From: Marsupella aquatica
Taxonomy: Eukaryota; Plantae; Marchantiophyta
Length of the DNA stretch: 64,000 nucleotides
Direction: 5' to 3'
Assembly (NCBI GenBank): GCA_973895155.1
Contig: OZ316893.1
Span: forward strand, 9,925,660 to 9,989,659
Position 1 is the first letter of the stretch; each line of letters starts with the position of its first letter. Of this stretch, positions 38,601 through 50,050 are shown one piece after another. Position numbers and translations under genes: made by a program. The notes beneath the pieces were generated by a model. It was not told the DNA's origin. It worked only from the letters and a program-made list of their open reading frames with translations, and searched no databases.

Positions 38601-39083
38601 CGACAACTCCTTGCGGTGATACTTGCTCTGCAATTCCGTAAACAAGGACATGCAATCCTTATGTGCACCCAACTGCTTGATGATGGGAGGCATGAGATAG
38701 AGTGTAACACACCACACTCCCTGCTCCTGCATGCGGTCCCATTGTTTCTCATCAACATCGTCTTCACGAGGGCTCAGCAGTTGGCCCATCCCTGACGCAT
38801 AGAGCACTCCCTTCACCTGCTTCTCCCATAGCAAGTAGTTAGAGTGCCCATCATACTTTGTCACTTCATACTTGGGTCCCCCAAGCTTGAAAGTCCCCAT
38901 CTTTTTCTTTGGCACTACCGTGAGCTCCGGTAGTAGTACTGCTTCCTCCACCACACGCCGCACCGGTGATGGTATCGGTGTCACGTGCTCTTCCTCCTGC
39001 TCCTCTCTCTGCCCCTGAAACCTCCGCGGTGATCCTCGTGCTTCAAGTTCCACGTCTTCAAAAAACTCCTCCGAATCACTCAT
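35653..39083 (-). pseudogene. Copia gag-protease-integrase-RT (5' part), with in-frame stops
   Basis: Gag with CCHC knuckle CWKCNQVGHFKRDC; protease WILDCACSFH; GAG-pre-integrase LWHSRLGH...CEHC; integrase HSDVWGP, LRSDNGGEY and QQNGVAER; RT YKARLVAKGF, LYGLKQSPRQW and YVDD. In-frame stops at 38043-38045 and 37257-37259. Confidence 0.95.
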
Positions 39084-40222
39084 ATGAGAAAATCACAAAA
39101 AATGTTGTTTTTCACAACTTCTCAAAAAACTCGAAACTCAACACCGCCGCGTAGCCCACAAAGCTAGGAGTCCAATACTGAAAACCAAAATCAAAATCGA
39201 AATTTAACGAAAAAGTTATTCAAATTTCGGTCGAGGTGGGTAAAACCTTGGGAAACTCCCTCGTTTTGACCACCTCAAGGAATAACCGAAATACCAAGTA
39301 CAACCCGTTGTCCAAATTGCAATGTGATTGGTGCACCGCGTTGCCAACTTCAATGGCTATGACCTCGCCGAAAAATAACCAAAAAAATTACCGTTCGGCG
39401 GATGAAATCTTTGTCGGACGGTCAAAAAATAGCTCTCTGGTTTTTTGGAATATTCTATGACCCTTGTACAGGCCCTGTGGGAATTTTGGAAGAACAATCG
39501 AGGGGCTGACAAGTGTCCTCGAACCCCCAAAACCCCCTACGACCCTTCGTCGTTGAAATCTGGTCGCGCGCGCAGAAAATACACACGGCAGAATGTACCC
39601 CTCGACACCAAACGCAAGATATCTCACTCGGGTTTTGACGAAATCAAGATCTGATTTCAGATTTGGAAACTAGACTCCGAGGCGGTGAAGATCGATAGAA
39701 GAAGCACCCAAAACGAGGAAAGAACGAGGGAGAAAAAAATTGGTAAAGATGACAGATTTCTCTCAATTGCCATAGCCAATTTCGAATCAGTTTTTCAAAG
39801 AGAAAAAAATGGTACCTTGTCAACAACGAATGTTGATCAATTGCACTTGGTGCCGTCACCAAGTCCAACAAGGTAATTGATTTTGCTTAGCCTTCCTCTT
39901 TGCATCAAAGAGCCAATCCTGGACTCAAAACAATCGTCTTGCCTCAATCTCTCCGTTGAGTCAAAACACTTGATGCTTCTCCCTCCGAGTTGATTGCCAA
40001 CTTTCTTCACAAAATCCAGAACGACGAAAACTTAGATCTCTCTGCACCACGAGCTCTGTTCAGCGATTTCTTCACACCGTTAGAAAGCTCTTGCCCTGAT
40101 CTATCCGTTGAGCCCATAAACTCCAAGTTCCATGCGACGGAACTCCGGGAAATCCACCGACACTCAACGCTGGAAAAACCGTCATGAAATCCCGTCACGA
40201 ACACATGTCACCTCCCAAGCAT

Positions 40223-40234
40223 GCTCTGATACCA
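40223..40234 (-). promoter_or_regulatory. Primer-binding site (initiator tRNA-Met)
   Basis: Minus strand reads TGGTATCAGAGC, 2 nt downstream of the 5' LTR. This is the canonical plant tRNAiMet PBS. Confidence 0.93.
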
Positions 40235-40236
40235 AT

Positions 40237-40621
40237 TGTTGAGCATAGACGACGATCGCAACGGCAAGCCCATGAACCATCCAACGCACAATAGTCGACA
40301 CAAGAGATACGTGGTTCACCTCCTTGAGGCTACGTCCACGGGAACACACAAGAGAGCTTTACTGAACTCTAAGCCCGTCGGCTATACCGAGTCTCCACAG
40401 TGTAAGCTCTCCTTATCTCTCAAGTGGCTCTATAACAATGAGCCTTGGTTCTACCTCTCCAAGCACACATGCCTCTTATGATATAGTGTGCAACTTAGTT
40501 GTATCTAACCACATAGTTGTACCTAATCACGTAGTTGTACCTAACCACATAGTTGTACCTAATCACGTAGTTGTACCAACCACGTCATACCTAACCTAGA
40601 CGTAAGAGTAAATACCCAACA
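40237..40621 (-). repeat. 5' LTR of the copia element
   Basis: TGTTG...CAACA termini. About 10 differences from the 24536-24920 copy. Adjacent to the PBS. Confidence 0.96.
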
Positions 40622-40787
40622 AACTATAAATAGGAGATCCCCGCTTAAAAATTTCCCGCTCATTTTTTCTCGCTCCGTATCCTCTTCCTCTCGACGAATG
40701 CACACTGTCTATACAAATTCGTATTCCCTGAAAATCAGATTTGACTAACAGGTGAGAATCTTTATGGAGATGGCGAGGACGAATCCC

Positions 40788-41255
40788 AAATGGGATACGG
40801 CGTATCCCGTTTGGGATTCATCCTTCAAATGTCCAGTTTTTGTTTCTCTTTAGCTAAAAAAGGAGGTTGGATGCGAAGTGGGATACGGGGCATCTCATAT
40901 CGCATCCAACCTCCGAATATGAAGCATCTTAGTTTCCAAATGTCAAAACCTCAACTTTGAATGCGAAATGGGATACGACGTATCCCGTTTGGAATTCACC
41001 CTTCAAATGTCCAATTTTGGTTTCTCTTTAGCTAAAAAAGGAGGTTGGATGCGAAGTGGGATACGGGGTATCCCATATCGCATCCAACCTCCGAATATAT
41101 AGCATCTTAGTTTCCGAATGTCAAAACCTCAACGTTGAATGCAAAATGGGATACGGCGTATCCCGTTTGGGATTCAACCTTCAAATGTTCAGTTTGGGTT
41201 TCTCTTTAGCTAAAAAAGGAGGTTGGATGCAAAGTGGGATACGGGGTATCCCATG
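40788..41255. repeat. 178-bp tandem repeat (~2.6 units) built from hairpin palindromes
   Basis: TGGGATAC anchors at 40791, 40969 and 41147 give a period of 178. A further diverged unit lies at ~41440-41580. Confidence 0.88.
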
Positions 41256-42432
41256 TGGTATCTACCTAGAGTTTTCTTGGAATGATGGGAAAAATCTTAT
41301 GGATTGCTGATTGTTTCGCAGGCACAGTTTGACTAAACACGCACTGAAGCTCTTGCTGCCGTTCAATGACAGACACCGACTCAAGCTTTAGCTTTCCTGG
41401 GAAAACGATATTTTCTCTTGTGAGTCTAATGGCGGTCCAGATACGACGTATCCCATTTGGGATTCAATCTTCAAAAATCCAGTTTGGGTATCATAACGTG
41501 AAAAAATGAGGTTGGATGCGAAGTGGGATACCCCGTATCCCACTTTGCATTCAACCTCTGAATATGAAGCATTTAGGTGCGAAATGCAAGATTGACTAAG
41601 ATATGATCAGATTAAGTTGTGGGGTGAAATTATAAAATTACAAAACTTAAGTTTGTACCCTTTGGAAGTCATATCTTTATCGGTATTTATCCAAATTCCT
41701 TATAATTGATACCGTTAGAAAGAAGAGCTTGAGACTTTTTGGCCGCTTTACTCTGCACTGCAAAAATAGAAAAAGAAAAAATCTGAAATCAGGCAAAATC
41801 TCGCAAAAAATATCAGATTGCATTTGTAAAAAGATCACAAATGATCAAAACTTCAAGAGGAATACCAAGTGGGATACCAAGTATCCCATGTAGTATTCAA
41901 ACATGTTATTTCACAAATCTAGAAAGGAAAAAATTATAAAATCTTGTATGAATACCAAGTGGGATCCATGGGTCCCATATTTGGTATAAGAACATGTTGT
42001 TTTATCCCATTTGGTATAAGAACATGTTATTTTACAAATCAAGAACTTTACAAAGAGTGATAAGAATTTTACAAAGACCAAATGAAATCCAATTTGGTAT
42101 TCAAATGTGAAAGTGGATGAGTGACTTGTGACCGAGGGCCAATCCGGGACTTTGAATCTGAGGTGGGATCCACAAACCCACTTGGTATTTGCCTCCATTT
42201 TTAGGTAGGTCTGTTGATTGGTCCTACATATTTTGAAAGAGTAAAAAATGGATGTGATTGGGGTTGAATGTACTGAGCAAGGAAAAATCGAAAATTGTTT
42301 TGGAGTTGAATCAACAAATGGGACTCATGGATCCATGTCGGTATGGATCCGTGTCGGTATTCAAACCTCACTATTGAGGTGCGAGGTGTGGCAATGGCAA
42401 ATTTTGGCGGGTGAATACCAAATGGGATCTGT

Positions 42433-42729
42433 CTCGGGGGTTTCACTTCCACAAAAATGGCATATCACGTGCGACGAAGGATAGGGTCATTTTATTGGTT
42501 GTAAGGGAAGACTTAAGAATTTTTGTAGAAGAACAATAGGGTCTTTTAAATTCAATTTTGAGACTTATAAGAATATTAGGGCCTTCTTAATCCAATTTTT
42601 GGAATATTCCAAGAATATTCCAACTTTATAGGGGTTAAAAAATAATAATTTTTTCTTACATTTTAGGGGGTCCAAGGCCTAAAAACGTCGCAGGTGATGG
42701 GGAGGTCCCCATGTAGTGAGACCCCCGAG
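42433..42729 (+). mobile_element. ~300-bp MITE with CTCGGGGG-type TIRs, copy 2, nested in the TIR element
   Basis: CTCGGGGGTTTCACT...AGTGAGACCCCCGAG with a perfect 8-bp TSD GGATCTGT (42425-42432 and 42730-42737). Confidence 0.9.
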
Positions 42730-43851
42730 GGATCTGTGGATCCGTGTTGGTATTCAAACCTCAATATCAAGGTGCAAGGTACAACAAGGGCAAATTTTGG
42801 CAGACGAATACCAAATGGGATCCCATTTGGTATTCATCCTTGGTTTTGAGTGGGTTATTTTTGGACTTGTTCAGAAAAATGGGATACATGGATCCCTATT
42901 GGCATTCCTTGATTGGTCCGTATGAGGGTTTTTTAAAGTGAGAGTCTGTATTTTCAAGGAATGCTGAAATTTAAATTGTAGATTTTTGAGGAAGTCGTCG
43001 TGGATCCCTGTTGGTTTTCAAACTAGAATATCAAGGTATGCAATGCGAAAAGTTTAAAATGTAGAGGTTGAATACTAGATGGGATCCCATCTGGTATTCA
43101 TCCTCCTGTTTTCCCGATGAGTTTTTGGACTTGCAAAAAAAAATGGGATCCATGGATCTCAGTTGGTATTCATGTCGAAAGATCTCCTGATGCAAAGTTG
43201 CAGGTGGAAAACATTGCGGTTGAATACGAGAGTGGATACTTGGATCCCGTCTCGTATTCATCATGCGTTATGGGCTAAAATATTTCCAAAGATGTCGTCG
43301 TGTTAACTTAACTAACTGTGTGGGTCGACTGTAGTCTACGGTCAATTTTTCGCAGTTTTCAGTTTTACCGCAGTTAAAAATTCAAATATTTTAAACCCGA
43401 GGTTAAATGGAAGCGTCAAGAGAATGATTTGGTGCGGTTTTCGTTCATGTTCAACGGTTGAATCCGAAATGGGATACGCCGTATCCCATTTTCAGTTTGC
43501 CATTTTGATTGCAAAAATGAAATCTTGTGTTTTCCTAGTTTTGTTTGATGCTTGGATTTAGCTTTTAGAAGGATCACGTGAAAAGCATTGTTTTTCTAGG
43601 TTTTGGAATTTGCCCTTTTTTTAGATGAAGTGTCTCGGAATTCTGGAATGTAACAATTCTTTGTTTTTGTGTCAACAGTATCTCGATTTGAAATCCGATG
43701 TTGGATGCGATTTTGGATTCATCCTCAAAATAGCGTTTTTGATCTTAATTTTAGTGATTTTTTGCCGTTTTTCGCGAAATCAAAAACACACTTCTCGTTT
43801 GGTGGTCATACTTCTCGTTTGGTCCGTCACTGTGTTAAGTGTACTCCCAGG

Positions 43852-44167
43852 CTCGGGGGGGTCCACTATATGGAGGGTCATACATCACGTGCGACGTTTT
43901 AGGGTTTGACCCAAGTGAAAAATATGTATTTGCAAAACTCTTTTTTTCTTTAAATTTTGTAAGTTTTATTAAAAATCCTTGAAATATTTGAATAAAATAT
44001 TTTTTATAATTAAATAGGCCTATGTGTTCTTTAAAGTTGTCCAGTCAATGAAACATGTCCTATGTGTTCTTTCATCAAAATTTGGAAATCTTTCGTCACA
44101 CCCATTTAAATGGACCTATACTTTATCGCATGTGATGTGTCACTTCAGTGGAAGTGAACCCCCTGAG
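43852..44167 (-). mobile_element. ~315-bp MITE with CTCGGGGG-type TIRs, copy 3 (inverted, more diverged)
   Basis: CTCGGGGGGGTCCACT...AGTGAACCCCCTGAG. Flanks CTCCCAGG / CTCCCAAG match at 7/8. Confidence 0.78.
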
Positions 44168-44889
44168 CTCCCAAGTTGACAAGACATGGGAGTGGTCCAG
44201 GGTAACGTTTTGGGGTTTTTGTTTTGTTTTGGCCATTGTGGCTAAAGTCACCTTGTGAGAGGACTGGACGCCAAGAATATTCATTCTATAATTTTCAAAT
44301 ATTTTTTACCACTAGATCTCCCTACTAGATTCAAGAATAATTGTGACTCAGATTCTGGCTAATGGGGGTTTGTGGCTAGGCAAGAAACTGGCTTGTGGGA
44401 TACTAAAAGCCTGCCAGATTTAGCCGGAAGTGGCAAGATTTTTCAGTGAGGTGGAATTTGGTTAATTTTGCCACTTAAAAAATGCTGAATTGGTCAATGC
44501 TCACAATCCTTTCTCACAGCATACACACATATAACACTCTTAGAGAACAATGACAGGAGACCAAAGTGGAGAAATCTAGGGACTACCAAAAAGTTTGAGA
44601 GTCCCCTTCAATGGCACTGAAAGAACTGAGCAACAAACTGAAAAGCCTGGTAAAGATTGTTTCACCCCTTCTGGATTAGAGCCCATAACCCTTCCCAGGC
44701 CATGGGTTACCCTACACAATATATAATTATCACACCAGGGTGTCTCATTGGTCGTGGGTATCATTTTGTGTCAACTCAGCTTGTGGATCCAAACTCACGA
44801 GCACCAGCCACATGAGCCCTTTGGTCACGAGAAGACTGAAGGAAGCCTCTTCTCTCTCTCCTCGTACTCCAACTCCTACACCCTTGCGC

Positions 44890-45185
44890 ATGCTGTCCTT
44901 TCCCAATGATTCCCAATTATGTATTTTTGCTGTATATATCCATGAATCAGGTTGCAATATTTTAGACTATCCTACACAGGGAGATTCCTCAAGTACTGCC
45001 TTCAACCCTGCTCATGCTGTCCTTCCCAATTCTGTATTTTTGCTGTATAATCTTGTTGCAACATTTTGGACTATCCTACTCAGGGAGACTCCTCAAGTAC
45101 TGCAGGAACTCCTTCAACCCTGCTCATGCTGTCATTTCCCAATTATGTATTTTTGTTGTGTATATCTAAGAACCTGGTTGCAATA
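44890..45185. repeat. Imperfect ~115-bp tandem repeat (~2.5 units)
   Basis: Recurring CATGCTGTC..TCCCAATT.TGTATTTTTG.TGT and GACTATCCTAC.CAGGGAGA.TCCTCAAGTACTGC blocks. Confidence 0.75.
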
Positions 45186-47732
45186 TATCATCCCAGGTCT
45201 CCGCATTGTGCGCCTCCACCCATACAGTCGATGTGAAGTCGCAATCGCTAGTGAGATAACTGTTTCTGTATGTTCTGTACAGTGAATAGGGAGTACATTC
45301 CGCGTCTCCTCCACCACCCATCGAGAAAGAGCTCTGAGAAGCACTACCTTTTGTACCACGGATGTGGCTGAAATTACTAGTCCGCAGCTCAATAAGCAAA
45401 ATGTTGAAATTCTGCGACTGAGAGACTCGGGATAGAACCCCAAAATCCTGAATGCTAGAAGCAAGAATTCCAATAGTTTCTCGGTGGCCACATGCTGCTT
45501 ACTCCCCGGGTTTTTATTGTGAATAAGACGGAATCTCATTTCCTTGGACACATTCCCACTTGTGCATCTTTGATCGAACCCTCTACTTGTACTCTTGCTA
45601 GAACTGCGCTATCAAATACGGACAAATTTCACTAATTACTCCACCTACCAGCCACTAATTACTCTACCTACCTAATTTCACTAATGTCCTTTAGGGCACT
45701 GCTTGGACGCTGTACTCATAAATATCTTAGTCAGTCTCTGATTCCCAATTCCCACTCTGCATACACATTGAAAGGAGTGACGGCAATGGAACTGACCTTG
45801 CTCCATCCAATCCATCACAGATCATGGTGATTTTTATTGCAGTTCTCACTCATGCAACTCCAGAGATACAAGGTACAAAAGGATGATTGAGATGGAATGT
45901 CGGTCTCTAGCACAAGAAGAGCAGGAAAGCTGAGCACTGTATATACTAGACCAGGCAGGTACTTCATACAACTGAAGGGCATCATGATACAACTAAGTGA
46001 ACGCTACTGAAGAACACGAGTTGAGCAGAAGGGGTCGGCATGCTATTGAAAAGGAGGCAAGTGGCAGGTGGGTCCTTCCTGATGGTCACTTGAAGTTGTG
46101 CCCAACCAAGAACGTATAGTTGGAGTTTTTCTTTCATCTTGCTAATTGACAAATCCCATGAATTGTAAAACTAGTGATACTGAGACTCTCCCAACATGTT
46201 CCAGCCGCGGAGAAAATTAATACTTAGTTATAATGCCCAAGGGGATCCCATCAGGCCGTGGGACTCACAATATACAATGACTTCGCAGTATCAAATGCGA
46301 CAATCACACTCAATGGGAAGCAAACACAATAGACTAAGTCTGGAGCAAATCTTGAGCATTGACAGCAGACAATCGGTTTCCATTCCAGATGTGACGGAGA
46401 ATGCTGTACACATTAATTCACACCCCCAAACAGGTGTCCAACAGCGGGCTGGACTTAGTGCTCTCATGACAACTACATTCAAACAGGTAGTTTTCATTTA
46501 AGCGCTGCAGAGCACAGTGCCTCTCAAATAGCGGTGCACGTCTATTTGTCACTTTCAAAAGCCGAGCTGTGAGATTCATACTTGAAAGGATCCAAGCTTC
46601 GCAATCTGGCCTGCACGACCTGCTCATTCCTTCTACTCTCGGAATCAAGATCCCCAGCGAATTAAAACGATATTTTGGGAGCCAGCATTTTGGAGATCGA
46701 CTTAAATATTATGCACCTATCAGTTCCACTGACCCCTCAATGCCCTGTCATCGGCATCCAGCAATAGTACACATATGAACCAACATTCAATTCATTCCCT
46801 TTGCATTCGTTAACAGTTGACAGTAAAACTCACGTCTGAGCGTTGATTCCAACTAACATCCCCAACTTGAGATCATCTCTGAAAATCTAACAATTATACA
46901 GTTGAAGTTGTCAATAAAGCCCCAGGACAACTTTTACACAAACACTGCGAAACTGACAGTCAGGATATAATTTCTGTGATCCCTAGGTAGGGGTCGTTTA
47001 AGTGGATAACGGTGACTCTGAAGACATCTACAAACTCTATTGAGGCCAAGCCTGACCCCAAAGGAAGTAGTAACCATCTAACACATATAATATCTTACCT
47101 TCAATCTCGCCAGGTCAAAAGCTTCTACAGAAGTGAATGGCTTCAGACATGAACGAACTCAGCAAATTTGGTCTCTTGCCCGATTGAAAACGAGTCGCTG
47201 CTCCGCTGCTTCCACTCTTCTGTCAGAAGATCCCAACTATAGTAATCGTCCATTAACTTCTTCAAATAGTACTACTTGGGCAGTTCTTGAATTCTGTACA
47301 TTCCTTTTCCGATTAAAATGGCTCTGACTGCAATGTGTCAGGAGGAGCACCATTCGAGTGTGAACTTCCCGCCACACTCGCTCCCTAAATCCAAAACTTT
47401 ATAGAGTTTACAGATCCACTCTGAATCTACGGCCCGTAGAATGCTAGGATCACGTTGACGGATACAATTCGCAGTCAGAAGCAACTGTATTCAGCTCCTG
47501 AGCAACTTCCTGAGTATACTCTCCAGAATCCCTAAAAAATAGGTTTCTCGCAAGTAGCACGCCCAGAGCAGCACTTGGTAGAGAGCTTGGCAGGCCCGTC
47601 TATATGGTAAACACCTAGAACTGTACAGCCCATTTTCACTCCAATGCTGCTGTGTTGGGAAAGATGTTGCAGACTAAGGTCCGGCCCCTTCACAGTCATC
47701 GGAATTATCACCTTTTGCGATCTCCAAGGGCC

Positions 47733-49610
47733 TTAAAACTCTTTCTCATCCCCGGACCAGCTGGCCTTTTCTTTGGGTCCAGAGGGCCCTTCCTCACCGC
47801 CAAGCTCATCTGGCAGCTTATTGATAAGGCCCATGACTGATTTTCTGAGAAACTTGGGCAGGAGATTCAATACTCTCTCCAGCTCAGTCCTCGAGTCGTA
47901 TGTGATTTTGGGGCCCCACTGCCTCAAGTAATCCACCCACGGAAGTTGCTTTGCATACCCAGTGTCTCCGTTGCTGCTCAAGTAATCCACATTTATCAAC
48001 TCATATTTGGTGCTACTGTCCATCATCAACGTGCTTCTCGCCGTGTCATTTCGAATTCCCACCCCAAGCTTTGCATCCCCTTGAAGGTGATCTCCCTCTT
48101 TCGAATACAAGGCATGAGTGTTCTTGGCAGAGTACACTACCGCTCGGTTAGCAGAGACGTATTCGAGCTCATCCGGTCTAAACCACGTCCCTGCAGCATG
48201 CTCACCCATGTAAAGTCGACGCATCTCACCAGAAAAGTTGTCGACCCGGACGGTGAAATGCTCCCAGTCTGACACATGCTCCCCGATTTTCCCCAGCGCA
48301 AGGGATTTGATAAGCCCTAGCTTGGCAATACTCGATCCATTAAAACAGTGGTATATCCAACAGCACACGTCAGTAAAAATTCCCCCAAACATAGGCTTCA
48401 CATGGATTAAGGCCTTTGCCACCGAGAGATCTCCCCTCTTGACAGTCTCTTGAGTACCATCCGTTGGGAGATCTAGCCAGTACATTCCATCATTGCCATC
48501 ACCCCCGGGAGGCAGGTTCGATCCACCAGGAGCAACTCTCACAGGTGCATCCGGAGACGCAGCAGAGTAAAGAAGAGCACCATTGTCAAAGAACCACTCG
48601 GGAGTGGCGGGGAGATACTCCTCCTCTGGATGGAAGAATACCGTCGGCCCAAACGTGGTCACAATCTGCTCTAGCTGCTCGAATGTGGGCATTATATCCA
48701 TAACTTGGTTCACATTCTTAAGGCATGCAATTGGCAGCGGCGACTCAGATGTTACAGCCGGATGACAATAAAAAGTGTTGACAGGAATTCCAATCCCATG
48801 CACACCCACAGTGGATGGCTTTGTGGTCCAGGTGGAGAATTCTGGGACTCCCTCAAGCTGGGAAGTATCCCACAGTAACTTTTTCACAACAGAGACGTCA
48901 GTGAGGTCTTCCCTGACTAGAGCAATGTCATCTCTCCCCGGCTTGTCTGGAGAATTGGTCACGACAAATCCCAGTGCCTTGTACCCTGATGGCACCTCTG
49001 GAGCCCAGAAGAAGGCCAGCACATCCTGCTCAGCTCCAGCCCAGTCAGCACTGCTCCAAACGAGGGTGTAATCCGTGGGCTTGGCTAGTGGAGGAGAAGA
49101 GCCATCAAACGAGCCTGCTATGGCCAGAACCCAACCTCGAGGAGGCACTGCATTGAGTTGTGCATAGCTACCCAAGCTGCAATACCCTTCAGGGATGTTC
49201 ACAGGATTGTAATACGAGGCCCCGGATTGACCCGAGCCGCTGTTCCAGACTTGTTGGAAGGCTGCAATTCTGACCAAGGACAGTTCTCCGAGATGGAATT
49301 TCGTGGTGGCAAAGCCTGTCCCGGATGCCCAGGTGGGTAGGGCACTCGGCAGGCCAGCAGTGTGGACTCGAGTGCCTACAAATGGTGGGTCTGGCGGCGT
49401 TCGGGCAAGGGCGTTTCCATTATTTTTCCACAGTTTCCAGTACTTGTTCCAACCCTTTCCTTCCCCTTTCTGAGACGGAATTGCTTCCACCTTCCCCATG
49501 TAGTCGATTGGCTTTCGGTCACTACCAATGGACAGAACTCCAATCCTCTTCCCAAAATAACGATAAAGCAAATTCCAAAATCCGGGCCAGTTGTTCCACA
49601 CTCTAAACAA
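47733..49610 (-). CDS. Vps62-related / DUF946 family protein
   Basis: 625-codon uninterrupted ORF with family motifs: PEGYCSLGSYAQ, LAKPTDYTLVWSS, PSGYKALGFVVT, GPTVFFHPEEEYLP, WFFDNGALLY, IHVKPMFGGIFTD, IGEHVSDWEHFTVRVDNFSGE, GIRNDTARS, RQWGPKITYD, EEGPSGPKEK. The first in-frame ATG is at 49499; a possible acceptor sits at 49612/49611. Confidence 0.9.
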   Translation of the reverse strand: MFRVWNNWPGFWNLLYRYFGKRIGVLSIGSDRKPIDYMGKVEAIPSQKGEGKGWNKYWKLWKNNGNALARTPPDPPFVGTRVHTAGLPSALPTWASGTGFATTKFHLGELSLVRIAAFQQVWNSGSGQSGASYYNPVNIPEGYCSLGSYAQLNAVPPRGWVLAIAGSFDGSSPPLAKPTDYTLVWSSADWAGAEQDVLAFFWAPEVPSGYKALGFVVTNSPDKPGRDDIALVREDLTDVSVVKKLLWDTSQLEGVPEFSTWTTKPSTVGVHGIGIPVNTFYCHPAVTSESPLPIACLKNVNQVMDIMPTFEQLEQIVTTFGPTVFFHPEEEYLPATPEWFFDNGALLYSAASPDAPVRVAPGGSNLPPGGDGNDGMYWLDLPTDGTQETVKRGDLSVAKALIHVKPMFGGIFTDVCCWIYHCFNGSSIAKLGLIKSLALGKIGEHVSDWEHFTVRVDNFSGEMRRLYMGEHAAGTWFRPDELEYVSANRAVVYSAKNTHALYSKEGDHLQGDAKLGVGIRNDTARSTLMMDSSTKYELINVDYLSSNGDTGYAKQLPWVDYLRQWGPKITYDSRTELERVLNLLPKFLRKSVMGLINKLPDELGGEEGPSGPKEKASWSGDEKEF

Positions 49611-50050
49611 CCTGTTCCAAAACTAAAAACGAATTGAAAGATGCCGTGGGCCAATCGGTAAAGTAATTTCAGTTCCAGGAGCTCAACGGTCACCACCTCA
49701 AAGGCCTGCTGCTCGACTCCAAATCTTGCAAACCTATTTTAAGTAATTTTCAACGAGATCCCTCATCTCTGTCTTTCTGTGGCCCTCCTCTTCAATCTGT
49801 CTCTTTGATAGTTAGAGTTGCTCTCATCAATCCCCCCTGACGCACCGTACGAGTACAAACCTCCTACTGCCACTCTATCTTCACACAACTTCTATTGGTG
49901 TGTCTCTCAGTAGGAGCACCTCAAAGCAACATCAAGCTCCAATCGTTGATGTTGCTTCTGGACCCACTGCAATATTCCGGACCCACAGCAATACCACTGC
50001 CTACGCGACGACGAGGAGATTCGTGCTTGGATATTAATGTGGTCCACAGA

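Larger units (their letters stand above)
24536..40621 (-). mobile_element. Full-length Ty1/copia LTR retrotransposon, degenerate and interrupted by a CACTA element
   Basis: Two 385-bp LTRs, a 5-bp TSD AACTA (24531-24535 and 40622-40626), a tRNA-Met PBS, a PPT, and gag-PR-INT-RT-RNaseH order on the minus strand. Confidence 0.97.
24197..43836. mobile_element. Non-autonomous TIR DNA element (~3.2 kb once nested insertions are removed), rich in palindromic GGGATAC-N3-GTATCCC and GGGATCCC repeats
   Basis: TIR AACACAATGACGGACCAAAC at 24197 matches the reverse complement AACACAGTGACGGACCAAAC ending at 43836. AAGT flanks both sides. Inverted subterminal blocks at ~24340-24380 and ~43455-43492. The same palindrome family occurs on both sides of the copia insertion. 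Confidence 0.7.

Noticed and set aside
43800-43836. RAG recombination signal (CACAGTG heptamer)
   Set aside because: No ACAAAAACC nonamer at 12- or 23-bp spacing and no RAG/Transib ORF in the window. Kept only as a TIR observation.
23741-44167. MITE copies 1 and 3 as the ends of one composite transposon
   Set aside because: Each copy has its own 7/8 TSD, while the outer flanks match at only 5/8.
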